From contig NW_021833715.1 in the NCBI RefSeq assembly GCF_006345805.1, positions 1-56,925 of the forward strand: a stretch of DNA of 56,925 nucleotides, given 5' to 3'. A program made the translations under genes and the position numbers. Below the pieces are notes generated by a model. The model was not told the origin of the DNA. It saw only the letters and a list, made by a program, of their open reading frames with translations, and did not search any database. The stretch is from Octopus sinensis. Lineage: Eukaryota. Positions 35,553 through 47,625 of this stretch are shown here, piece by piece. Positions within the stretch are counted from its first letter, which is position 1, and every line of letters starts with the position of its first letter.

Positions 35553-37295
35553 CTCAGACACATAGGTATATATGCCTATATCAGGTGATAAGGAACCATA
35601 ACAACATATTTTGATTCCAAAACAAAATATAAAAATTCCAATAAACACATGCATGTGTGCCTGTGCACACACACACAACAAATACACACACACACACACA
35701 ACAAATACACACACACACACACAACAAATACACACACACACACACACACAACAAATACACACACACACACACACACACAACAAACACAAACACACACACA
35801 AATTCTTTGCCAGCCATCAAGCAAAATCATATTATCAGCTGATTGATCAAAATGAAAGTGAACTTAGACTCAAGGCTTGCTCTATAATTGTTCAATGCAT
35901 GTGATTTGACAGAAATTTTGGCTGTTGTTTCTGGCAAAGGAATTTCTCAAGCAGGGACTCTGTTGAAAGCTTTTTCCAGGTCATGTTCCTTCTTCTCGAG
36001 TCACGCCAGGCTCATAAGGGCCACTTTCCCAATTTCCTTGGCGTATAGGTTCCCCACCTGGACGGGATGCCGGTCCGTCGCAGGTGAGCTGCAAGATGCA
36101 GGAGGAAAGAGTGAGAGAAAGTTGTGGCGAAAGAGTCAGCAGAAGTTCGCCATTTCCTTCTGCCGGAGCCGCGTGGGGCTTAGGTGTTTTGCTTGTAAAC
36201 ACACACATTGCCCGGTCTGAGATTCGAACCCGCAATCCCTCAACTGCAAGTCTGCTGCTCTAACCACTAGGCCATGTGCCTCCACACACACACACACACA
36301 TGTTGTTGTTGTTTGTTCCTTTTCGAGCCATGCCTGGCTCATAAGGGCTAGTTTCCCGGTTTCTTTGGCTTATAGGTTCCCCACCTGGACGGACGCTGGT
36401 CCGTCGCAGGTGAGCTGCAAGATGCAGGAGGAAAGAGTGAGAGAAAGTTGTAGCGAAAGAGTCAGCAGAAGTTCACCATTACCTTCTGCCGGAGCCGCGT
36501 GGAGCTTAGATGTTTCGCTCATAAACACACACATCACCCGGTCTGATATTCGAACCTGCAATCCCTCGACCGCCAGTCCGCTGCTCTAACCACTAGGCCA
36601 TGTGCCTCCACCAGGTCATGCTCATTGCTCCTGTGCATCTTCCGCATACAGGTATTACTTTCTCCATTAGCATTCATGTGATCCCAGGGCACTTCTTGTG
36701 CACCGACCCCAACCCACCTAGTCGCAATAGTACAACCCTTAGAAGCCCCACCTGACTCAATAATACCAACCTTAAATAATACTACTCATATAATCACATA
36801 TATCAGTGGCCATCCCTCCTCCCAATCCAACACTAGTATTGATAATGTCCCCTGCTCTTCTCTACTGGTAACTAACCATACAAATTTGATGTTAGGCGCA
36901 GGAGTGACTGTGTGGTAAGTAGCTTGCTTACCAACCACAGACAGAAACGTTAGCACGCCGGGCGAAATGCTTAGCAATATTTCGTCTGTCGTTACGTTCT
37001 GAGTTCAAATTCCTCCAAGGTCGACTTTGCCTTTCATCCTTTCGGGGTCGATAAATTAAGTACCAGTTACGCACTGGAGTCGAAATAATCGACTTAATCT
37101 CTTTGTCTGTCCTTGTTTGTCCCCTCTATGTTTAGCCCCTTGTAGGCAATAAGAATTAAGTAGCTTGCTTACCAACCACATGGTTCCAGGTTCAGTCCCA
37201 CTGCGTGGCATCTTGGGCAAGTGTCTTCTGCTATAGCCTCAGGCCGACCAAGGCCTTGTGAGTGGATTTGGTAGATGGAAACTGAAACAAGCCTG

Positions 37296-37332
<37 letters not shown>

Positions 37333-37488
37333 TACGACGAGCTTCTTTCAGTTTCCGTCTACCAAATCCAAGGCTTTGGTCGGCCTGAGGCTATAGTAGA
37401 AGACCTTGCCCAAGGTGCCACGCTGTGGGACTGAACCTGGAACTACGTGGCTGGTAAACAAGCTACTTACCACACAGCTACTCCTGCA

Positions 37489-37537
<49 letters not shown>

Positions 37538-37709
37538 GAAATATATTACAAAAAGAAAATATAAAATACACGTGGAAATGTAAGGGGAAAATATGAAAAA
37601 GCAACGAAAATGCACATTGTAAATAAAAAAAGAATAAGCTTTTTATGAAAGGTAACGACAGATGTATACATTTAGATGGGCTGAGGTAGTAATATATGTA
37701 TATATATAT

Positions 37710-37921
37710 AGCTCTCCTGTGTGACCCTTCTGTTTGGCATTCATCATGATGGATTGCTAGCCACTACACATCTTTATTTTCTCTCCTTGTTCCTTTCTGT
37801 GGAAGAGCGTAGGCTCGAAACATTAAAGACTTTTTCCCTTCCAGAGCGTTATACTAATACACCTGTTTGTTGTCTACACCACCTGTCTTCATCTTTTGGG
37901 TTTTTTTGTGAATTCTCCCCC

Positions 37922-37945
<24 letters not shown>
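37710..37945 (+). mobile_element. PLE 3'-end fragment (family 3) with degenerate minimal hammerhead (37792-37829)
   Basis: CTTT-CTGTGGA-A-GAGC(GTAG)GCTC-GAAA-CATT-AAAG; ends in (TA)n; homologous to 56300-56500. Confidence 0.6.
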
Positions 37946-37954
<9 letters not shown>

Positions 37955-38005
37955 ATTGGTGAATTGAAGAAATGGAGCTGAACGCAGATTGAACAGAAAT
38001 CGTTT

Positions 38006-38099
38006 TATTTCATTCTACACGTGTTTCGAAAGGCACAAATTACCAAAATCCGATTGAATAATGGGACCATATTGTGTCTTTCTCTTCAGGAAGAAAATA
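38006..38099 (-). ncRNA. Type I hammerhead ribozyme in PLE pseudo-LTR (left copy)
   Basis: Reverse complement of 41952-42045, in the element's sense orientation about 60 nt from its 3' end. Confidence 0.8.
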
Positions 38100-38685
38100 G
38101 GAACCCGTTGAAAAACAAAAACAGAACAGAGGCGGAGCAAAAACAAATCGAACTATGCTCCTAAGAGCCCATGGCGAAACTGTTTATCAGTGTATGTTGA
38201 GAACCGGTGGCTGAAGAATTTAACGGGTCAGGCATCGGTCAATCATGTGGGTGAGGGTGTGTGGATATTCTTTGTGACCGAGAATAAAGTTCTGACTATT
38301 TAAGGAATATTGGATGTTTTATAAGGGGCGAGAAAAAATCTACTTAGAGACGTGTGTGTGTGTATACTGTTCTATATATGTGTGTTGGCGTAGGGGTAGA
38401 AAACATTTTTTGTGTACGTGTGTGCGTTTGATCGTTCGGCTGTCAGTGGCTACTGCCGCGAGAACCGTTGGGTGGCAGAAAAAAAAATATATATATTATG
38501 TTTTATGTGTGTGTGTGTTCATCTAAGCCTGCCTTGTCAAGGAAACCCCCCGTTGTGAAAAAAACCAAGCCCCGTTTGTCTAACAGGAGTAATTCCCCTT
38601 GCAGTGGTTAATCGTAGATATCTTAAAGGCTATTTCAGAATTTGTTACCAGGGCTATGGGTGCCGGTATTATTTATAAACGCTAT

Positions 38686-41128
38686 TTAAAAGCCAGACAA
38701 GTGTAACGCCGCCAATGGGGGCATCGAAATGCCGACTGTAAAAGCCCGTTTACCATCCGGCCTCTGGCAAACAATATGGAAGAGTTCGGAGACACAAAGG
38801 TTGCACTGCCTTCTGCCCCTATCAAATGGGAGGGCCACCGACAAAATTGACCATTCCAGCCTGTAGCTTAAGTTCGTATCCTTCAGTCGCCATATTAGCT
38901 TACTGAGTCCCGTGGTCTGGCGCTTGTTCATGTCCCGAAAAGTTGCGTAATGGTTGGAGACACGCAAAGACAATCTTGAGGATGAGGCCCCTACATAAGT
39001 GAAGACATCTGAGTCCGTGTAAACCTTGCATTGGTAGACGGCGTTTTTGATCTTGGAGTTCGCCGACGTGAATCTTATTCTGCTAGGATTAGTTTCTGAA
39101 ATTAGAACTGCGTTCCTGTCACTATATTCGTTCCGCCTGCAGCCGCTTACTACTCTATTTTCCACTACGTCACTATTAACTATAGGAATAACCCCTGATT
39201 CTCCACTATCTATCAGGGTGCTGTCATTGCTACTGCCCGTGGTGCTGCTATTGCGGGAAATGATGCTGGGGATGCTATTGGGGCTCTCTACCCTACTCCC
39301 ATTGTTACCGTCAACCACAACACCCCTATTTATAACTATACCCCTAGTGGGTACTCCCTGGCTGGAGCTGAGATTATGTGTCACTGTACTGGCTCTCATC
39401 ATTATTACTACTATAATTATTCCTACTGAGCATTAAACCGGGAGCGGAAGAGGCTGTGCCTCCGGAAAAGGTGATAGGGTCTTAGTAAGTAGCTTATTAT
39501 TATGGGAGGCGATTATCTGGGCGAGGTTTTTAGTGTTGGAGAAAGCTATCCTAACTTTATGCGAGTTAACCGTGGAGTAATATTTGGAATTTCTGGGGAA
39601 GTTATTGGCGATGGCTTGTCTAAACATGAGGGGGAGGTTAGTTCTAATCTGCTTACCAAAGGGGATTACAAACCATATATGCTTATTCCTATCAGTGTGA
39701 TGGGTCGGGACGCCAGCTCTCGCGTTCGGGTGGGTGATTCTCGGATGAATAACGGGTCTTGGGTTAGTGTAAGACCTCCCAGACCGATAATTATCCTTGT
39801 TCGCTAAATTAAATGCGGGAGCGACTACCCCGGCATCCGCCGCGCTCCCGTCCTTACTTAAAATGTTAATGTTATTATATACGGCCCTATCCTGATGACC
39901 GAATGATGGCATTGGAAGGGCCGGATCAATATAAATTACCTTCTGCCTATAACCGGCCTTGGATAGTGCGGCGTTATAAAATTCCGCTTTCTGCATAAAA
40001 ATATCGGCACTGGCGGACAAGCCAGACAATCTTAGAGAGATGTTTTTAACCAAATTGTCTGTTACGGTTTTGGCATGATTTGAGAAGACACTGACATACT
40101 TCAAATTAGTGGAAGGCTTATGGTAAGGGCAGTATGAGTCGCTATTAAGGTTAAGTGTAACGTCTAGGAAATTAGCCTTGGTGAGTTCATTATCAAAAAC
40201 TATACTCATGCCCATTCTATTAAAAACCTAGCTAACCTGCTCTTAGTTTTCTGCACTATTCTGTTCGTGGTGTTTTGCAGGTAAAACAGACAATCGTCAC
40301 GATACAGGCCGCCCGCGATCTCCGGGAATTGGTCGGACAATTCGTAGAGAATATATATTCCGACCAAATCGGCTATCTGCGCACTATCCGAACTACCCAT
40401 AGGCACATCAAATTCATTGGGAGTATCTTTACGGATCCACAACTTATTATCAAACTTAATAAACGATTTCCTGGCAACTAAAATGATATCTATCTCTTCT
40501 CTGGTGAGGCCAGCCTTGTTGTGAGCATGCCAGAGGGCCTTATTTAGCACACTAGGGTTAATCGAGGGGTAGAAGCTGGCGATATCAAACTGAATGAACC
40601 TAGTACGGTTCTTATTGGGGATGGAAGAGAACCACTTCACTACCTGCGAGGAGTTGGCCCAGAGGCTGAGCTTCAGCTTGTTTACTAAACTAGAGATATT
40701 TTATCTAAAATGTACTTACTGATTATCCCGATATCAGATCTAGCAGGGCATATGAGTCTTAGCGCTGGGTTGGTGTGGAAGTTCGGTTTATGGTCCTTCA
40801 CTATAAATCTGGGTTGCTTAGGGCTAAGCGGCTGAGTTCTCATTTGAATTCGGTGTTTAAATATTATTTCCTTAATTTCCAAGTTTACCTTCCTCAGGGT
40901 ACTCCAATTGGTTTTTCTATAATTTTTCTTGATCTCTTTACCGAGTAAATCTAGGTACTGCTTAATGGGCATCTTGTATGTGTTCCTGGTCTTGTCGGAC
41001 TGGACCAGGATTCCGTCCGTTCTATTAATGTCCTTGGTAATTTTATCTAGGTATCTGAGGTGGGCATTTCTCCTGGGTGACTTCCTGAACTTAATCTTTC
41101 TAACTATGTCCCACAAGTCGTCCGTAAG
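38686..41128 (-). pseudogene. PLE polyprotein: reverse transcriptase + GIY-YIG endonuclease, broken into 4 ORFs
   Basis: Motifs seen: QSDKT, FIQFDIASFYPSI, PMGSSDS, GGLYRDD, FLDVTL, SNH, VYQC..TYVGAS..R..H, CNLC..E. 1-bp deletions near 40690 and 40225, TAA at 39433-39435, 2-bp deletion near 38775. Confidence 0.9.
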
Positions 41129-42104
41129 CTCAGTAAGCTAATATGGCGACTGAAGGATACGAACTTAAGCTACAGGCTGGAATGGTCAATTTTGTCGGTG
41201 GCCCTCCCATTTGATAGGGGCAGAAGGCAGTGCAACCTTTGTGTCTCCGAACTCTTCCATATTTTGTTTGCCAGCGGCCGGACGGTAAACGGGCTTTTAC
41301 AGTCGGCTTTTCGTTGCCCCCATTGGCGGCGTTACACTTGTCTGGCTTTTAAATAGCGTTTATAAATAATACCGGCACCCATAGCCCTTGGTAACAAATT
41401 CTGAAATAGCCTTTAAGATATCTACGATTAACCACTGCAAGGGGAATTACTCCTGTTAGACAAATGGGGCTTGGTTTTTTCACAGCGGGGGGGTTTCCTT
41501 GACAAGGCAGGCTTAGATGAACACACACACACATAAAACATAATATATATTTTTTTTTTTTTTTTTTTCTGCCACCCAACGGTTCTCGCGGCAGTAGCCA
41601 CTGACAGCCGAACGATCAAACGCACACACGTACACAAAAAATGTTTTCTACCCCTACGCCAACACACACATATATAGAACAGTATACACACACACACGTC
41701 TCTAAGTAGATTTTTTCTCGCCCCTTATAAAACATCCAATATTCCTTAAATAGTCAGAACTTTATTCTCGGTCACAAAGAATATCCACACACCCTCACCC
41801 ACATGATTGACCGATGCCTGACCCGTTAAATTCTTCAGCCACCGGTTCTCAACATACACTGATAAACAGTTTCGCCATGGGCTCTTAGGAGCATAGTTCG
41901 ATTTGTTTTTGCTCCGCCTCTGTTCTGTTTTTGTTTTTCCAACGGGTTTCCTATTTTCTTCCTGAAGAGAAAGACACAATATGGTCCCATTATTCAATCG
42001 GATTTTGGTAATTTGTGCCTTTCGAAACACGTGTAGAATGAAATAAAACGATTTCTGTTCAATCTGCGTTCAGCTCCATTTCTTCAATTCACCAATAATG
42101 TTTT
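41129..42104 (+). repeat. Inverted pseudo-LTR copy (endonuclease C-terminus + 3' UTR)
   Basis: Reverse complement of about 37947-38910. It retains the uninterrupted C-terminus ELFHILFASGRTVNGLLQSAFRCPHWRRYTCLAFK*. Confidence 0.9.
41952..42045 (+). ncRNA. Type I hammerhead ribozyme in PLE pseudo-LTR (right copy)
   Basis: Stem I TATTTT-C-TTC/GAA-T-GAAATA; core CTGAAGA; stem II GAAAGACAC/GTGCCTTTC with 37-nt loop; GAAA; palindromic stem III ACACGTGT; GUA cleavage triplet (cut after 42035). Confidence 0.8.
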
Positions 42105-42251
42105 AATTTCAATTATCCGCACCAACGCACGGTTGCAACACCATATGGTTGTACCTCCAACCGTGCTGTTTACTGCTGTGATTTTTGCTACTAAGGTATC
42201 GGTTAAACTTTTGATTAATCTACTACAAGATTATTCATCTTTCTATTTCAC

Positions 42252-42286
<35 letters not shown>

Positions 42287-42364
42287 AAATTAGGGAGTAT
42301 AACTCCAAACTTACAGGGGAAAATTCAATTTAGTATTAAATCAAATTTCACAATATAAATATAT

Positions 42365-42603
42365 AAAATATAAATTAGAGAAAAAAACCCCACTATTATG
42401 CAATTCAAACAATGATAGACATAAACGAAATCATAAATAACAAATAAAATATATTTTTATAAAACATATAACTAGATCACAATATGCTTTTTGTGATCTA
42501 GTTATATGTTTAATAAAAATATGTTTTATTTTTTATTTATGATTTGGTTTATGTCTATCATTGTTTCAATAGCATAACAGTGGTTTTTTTCTCTAATTTA
42601 TAT

Positions 42604-42605
<2 letters not shown>
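42365..42605. repeat. AT-rich fold-back (about 115-bp imperfect arms, 8-nt loop)
   Basis: ...CATATAACTAGATCACAA-TATGCTTT-TTGTGATCTAGTTATATG... extending to AAATTAGAGAAAAAAA / TTTTTTTCTCTAATTT. Confidence 0.85.
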
Positions 42606-42634
<29 letters not shown>

Positions 42635-42643
42635 TATATATAT

Positions 42644-44112
42644 GCCTGTACTTATATAATAGTGACCATTATTATCAAATAAAAGAATAAAGAGATACAA
42701 AGACACGTCAAGAACATAATGTTAGTTATTGATTAATTATTATAATGGTTTGAGACAAAGAGCTGTGTGTTTCATTCATTACAACTTGCATAACAAGTTG
42801 AAGCACGTAAGAGAAATCATAGCGAAGGCTATGGAAACATCTAGACTACAGGAGGAATTTCAACCGTGTTTTGTGGTCTGCTATCACAACAGCTCCTTTA
42901 TAGGATCCAGTTAGCTCAAGACATCACAGGGCCGTCACTAAGCCCTTGCAATCCCTCCGGTCACAGGGGGGCCTTTGCGGTTGAGGGGCCTCATGTTAAA
43001 ATCAAAGCACGTAGATGAGCCATGTATTTACTTTGGTTAAAATGTTGAAACAGAATTAAACGATGTTAACTGAAAATTTCAAGAAATAAAATAGGGGGTA
43101 ATTTCAACTGTGTTTCGTGGTCTGCTAACATAACAGCTCCTTTATAGGATCCAGTTAGCTCAAGACATCATCAGGAGGATCCACATCTGGTTTCGGCCCC
43201 TACTCCTCTACTGTTTTGACATGGCAGGGCCCCCACTTTCGGAGTTGTCTTTAGCTCTGGTGTTGGGTGCATGTCTTCTTTCTTCTTCTTTCTTCTGTTC
43301 CCTGGCCTCTTCGGTGTAGCGTCAACGAGTGTCAATGGGCGACTGACTGTCTTGTCAAATTTCCCTTTAAATACCTGCTGCTAGGCTCCAGCAGGCAGCC
43401 CCAGCAAGTTGTCACATGACACTGTCCAAAACGTGAGTTAAAAAATCTCTGTATTTATAAATCATGCTGCACAAAGGAGAGTTAACATCATATTCAAAAT
43501 GTTCAAGTGCACTTGGATGTGCGAAGGTCTTCTGATGCTGAGATAGTCTCAGGAGAAAATTCCTTTCTTGGATCATCAACATCATCATCAACCTTTATCA
43601 TCCGCTTTCCATGCTGGGATTGGTTAGACAGTTGCACTGGAACTGGTAAGCCAGGGTCCTATACCAGGCTCCAGTTTGATTTTGGCTTGCTTTTTACAGC
43701 CGGATGCCCTTCCTGATGCCAACCACGCCAAGAGTGCAGTGGGATGTGCCACTGGCAGGTGTGCTCTTACATGTTAACAGCACGGGTGCTTTTACGTGTC
43801 ACTGGCTTGGGTACCGCTATGTGTCGCTGGTATGGGCACCTTGACATACCACCAGCACAGTTGCTTCTATGTGTGACCATCATGGGTGCTTTTATGTGTC
43901 ACTATTACTGGCTGCAACTCTGATTTCACTTGGCAAAACAGGTCTCCACAAGGACAGCAAATCGTTAAAGGTCTTGATCACTTGTCATCGTCTTTCTAAG
44001 ACCCAACATTTAAAGATCATGCTTCACCACCTCATTCCATGTCTTCTACAGGTCCCTGCCATAGAGATCAGCACTTCTTTATGCAGCTGTCATCAACCAA
44101 TTTTTCTATATA

Positions 44113-44144
<32 letters not shown>

Positions 44145-45627
44145 ATATATATATATATATGCCTGTACTTATATAATAGTGACCATTATTATCAAATAAA
44201 AGAATAAAGAGATACAAAGACACGTCAAGAACATAATGTTAGTTATTGATTAATTATTATAATGGTTTGAGACAAAGAGCTGTGTGTTTCATTCATTACA
44301 ACTTGCATAACAAGTTGAAGCACGTAAGAGAAATCATAGCGAAGGCTATGGAAACATCTAGACTACAGGAGGAATTTCAACCGTGTTTTGTGGTCTGCTA
44401 TCACAACAGCTCCTTTATAGGATCCAGTTAGCTCAAGACATCACAGGGCCGTCACTAAGCCCTTGCAATCCCTCCGGTCACAGGGGGGCCTTTGCGGTTG
44501 AGGGGCCTCATGTTAAAATCAAAGCACGTAGATGAGCCATGTATTTACTTTGGTTAAAATGTTGAAACAGAATAAACGATGTTAACTGAAAATTTCAAGA
44601 AATAAAATAGGGGGTAATTTCAACTGTGTTTCGTGGTCTGCTAACATAACAGCTCCTTTATAGGATCCAGTTAGCTCAAGACATCATCAGGAGGATCCAC
44701 ATCTGGTTTCGGCCCCTACTCCTCTACTGTTTTGACATGGCAGGGCCCCCACTTTCGGAGTTGTCTTTAGCTCTGGTGTTGGGTGCATGTCTTCTTTCTT
44801 CTTCTTTCTTCTGTTCCCTGGCCTCTTCGGTGTAGCGTCAACGAGTGTCAATGGGCGACTGACTGTCTTGTCAAATTTCCCTTTAAATACCTGCTGCTAG
44901 GCTCCAGCAGGCAGCCCCAGCAAGTTGTCACATGACACTGTCCAAAACGTGAGTTAAAAAATCTCTGTATTTATAAATCATGCTGCACAAAGGAGAGTTA
45001 ACATCATATTCAAAATGTTCAAGTGCACTTGGATGTGCGAAGGTCTTCTGATGCTGAGATAGTCTCAGGAGAAAATTCCTTTCTTGGATCATCAACATCA
45101 TCATCAACCTTTATCATCCGCTTTCCATGCTGGGATTGGTTAGACAGTTGCACTGGAACTGGTAAGCCAGGGTCCTATACCAGGCTCCAGTTTGATTTTG
45201 GCTTGCTTTTTACAGCCGGATGCCCTTCCTGATGCCAACCACGCCAGAGTGCAGTGGGATGTGCCACTGGCAGGTGTGCTCTTACATGTTAACAGCACGG
45301 GTGCTTTTACGTGTCACTGGCTTGGGTACCGCTATGTGTCGCTGGTATGGGCACCTTGACATACCACCAGCACAGTTGCTTCTATGTGTGACCATCATGG
45401 GTGCTTTTATGTGTCACTATTACTGGCTGCAACTCTGATTTCACTTGGCAAAACAGGTCTCCACAAGGACAGCAAATCGTTAAAGGTCTTGATCACTTGT
45501 CATCGTCTTTCTAAGACCCAACATTTAAAGATCATGCTTCACCACCTCATTCCATGTCTTCTACAGGTCCCTGCCATAGAGATCAGCACTTCTTTATGCA
45601 GCTGTCATCAACCAATTTTTCTATATA

Positions 45628-45660
<33 letters not shown>
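42644..45660. repeat. Recent tandem duplication, 2 x about 1.52 kb
   Basis: Identical ORFs recur at +1515-1517 bp; units are bounded by (TA)n. Confidence 0.95.
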
Positions 45661-45668
<8 letters not shown>

Positions 45669-45869
45669 TGGGGGGAAATAAATAATTGTATATAAATTCC
45701 TTAGTTACTATAATTTTTTAGTCTTTTGCATATTCTTAGTTTATGCATGTATATGCAAATATAGTATTGGTATATCCCATTTATGTTCATTAGAAATTAA
45801 ATAAAGAATTTTGACATGTGCGAATATTTATTCCCCCCCCCCCAAGGTATATTTATATATATATATTAT

Positions 45870-45902
<33 letters not shown>

Positions 45903-46645
45903 ACAGAGAGAGAGAGAGAGTCAGAGAGAAAGAGAGAGAGAGAGAGAAAGAGGAAGATAAAAGATACACAACTCAGTGATTAGAGTGTCGAACTTACGAT
46001 CATGAGGTTGAGCTCGAATCCCGGACCGAGCTGCGTGTTGTGTTCTTGAGCAAGACACTTTATTTCATGTTGCTCCAGTTCACTCAGCTGTAGAAATGAG
46101 CTGCGACGTCACAGTGTCAAGCTGTTTGCTTTTCCCTTGGATAACACTGGTGGCATGGAGAGGGGAGGCCGGTATGCATGGGCGACTGCTGGTCTTCCAT
46201 AAACAACCTTGCCCAGACTTGTGCCTGGGAGGGTAACTTTCTAGGTGCAATCCCATGGTCAGAGTCATGACTGAAGGGGGTCATATATATATCATTATCA
46301 TAATCATTGTTTAACGTCTGTTTTCCATTTTGGTATGGGTTGGACAGTTTGACTGGGGTCTGTGAAGCCAGGAGGCTGCACCAGGCTCCAATCTGTTCTG
46401 GCAGTGTTTCTACAGCTGGATGCCCTTCCTAACGCCAACCACTCCAAGAGTGTAGTGGGTGCTTTTTACATGCCACCAGCACACAAACCAATCAGGTCGC
46501 ACTGACATCGACCATGGTCATATGCTGCTTTTTTATGTGTCACCGGTACCCTCAAATGGTGCTTCCCCATGGTGGGTATGTTGAATCATAGGACACGTAT
46601 TTCTGTGTTGAAATATATTCATGCAAAATTGTGTATCTTTTATCT

Positions 46646-46685
<40 letters not shown>

Positions 46686-46694
46686 GTAGATGTA

Positions 46695-46736
<42 letters not shown>

Positions 46737-47136
46737 CATATATATATATATATAAATAGATATATATGTATGTATGTATGTATAAATATGTGTGACAGGC
46801 AAATTCGTGAAGCATTCCATAATTTTTTCGAGTGTGATCGTTACCTGCATCGCCTTACTGGCACTTGTGCTGGTGGCACGTGAAACATTCAAGCAAGGTC
46901 GTCACCAGTCCCGCTGGAGTGGCTCCTGTGCAGGTGGCACATAAAAAGCACCATTTGGGCGTGGCCGTTGCCAGTACCACCAAACTGGCCATCATGCTGG
47001 TAGCACGTAAAAAGCACCCACTACACTCTCGGAGCCTGGTTCACCAGACCTCAGTCAAATCGTCCAACCCATGCTAGCATGGAAAGCAGGCATTAAACGA
47101 TGATGATGATTATATATAATATATAAATTTATACAA

Positions 47137-47540
47137 ATAAGGATAAGATCGATATTTAAATATCGATCTTATCAAGTGGCCAGCAAGAGAATAAAAAGCT
47201 TCAAAGGTAATAATTATTATTAAAATTATAATTTAGTGTATCAAGGCAGCGAGCTGGCAGAACCGTTAGCACGCCGGGCGAAATGCGTAGCCGTATTTCG
47301 TCTGCCGTTATGTTCTGAGTTCAAATTCCACCGAGGTCGACTTTGCCTTTCATCCTTTTGGGGTCGATAAATTAAGTACCAGTTACGCACTGGGGTCGAT
47401 ATAATCGACTTAATCTGTTTGTCCTTGTTTGTTCCCTCTGTGTGTAGCCCCTTGTGAGTAGTAAAGAAAATATAATTTAGGGTTTTTAAGAGATACCACC
47501 ACGCTGGAAATAGCAGCCACAACTTGACTCTAAAACCATA
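47137..47540 (-). mobile_element. Third, 5'-truncated copy of family 2, interrupted by a SINE (about 47237-47470, TSD TATAATTTAG)
   Basis: Shared palindrome and AATAGCAGCC..CTCTAAAACCA segments. 10-bp TSD at 47227-47236 and 47471-47480. Confidence 0.7.
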
Positions 47541-47564
47541 TATATATTTACATATCTTTCTCAG

Positions 47565-47625
47565 ATATGACGAATCAACAATGGTACAAAGACAGGTCCA
47601 GTGCTTTAAAGAAGATGAAAGCGAA
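47565..47625 (+). CDS. Exon A of unidentified plus-strand gene (MTNQQWYKDRSSALKKMKA-K)
   Basis: Acceptor TCTTTCTCAG and donor GTAAGT. 61 nt; ATG at 47567; ends in phase 2 and chains in frame with exons B and C. Confidence 0.65.

Larger units (their letters stand above)
37947..42104 (-). mobile_element. Penelope-like element (RT + C-terminal GIY-YIG), 5'-truncated, with inverted pseudo-LTR
   Basis: Minus-strand RT and endonuclease. About 970-bp inverted repeats at 37947-38910 and 41129-42104. The left end abuts a (TA)n tract. Confidence 0.92.

Noticed and set aside
38686-41128. Selenocysteine recoding or Naiad-type PLE
   Set aside because: The endonuclease is C-terminal, not N-terminal. The breaks are frameshifts and a TAA; the only TGA (40206) follows a frameshift and does not align to a conserved Cys.
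43100-43180. Possible minus-strand hammerhead (CTGATGA...GAAA), also present in the duplicate near 44620-44690
   Set aside because: Core and a long stem II-like pairing are present, but no complementary stem I or valid stem III could be drawn.
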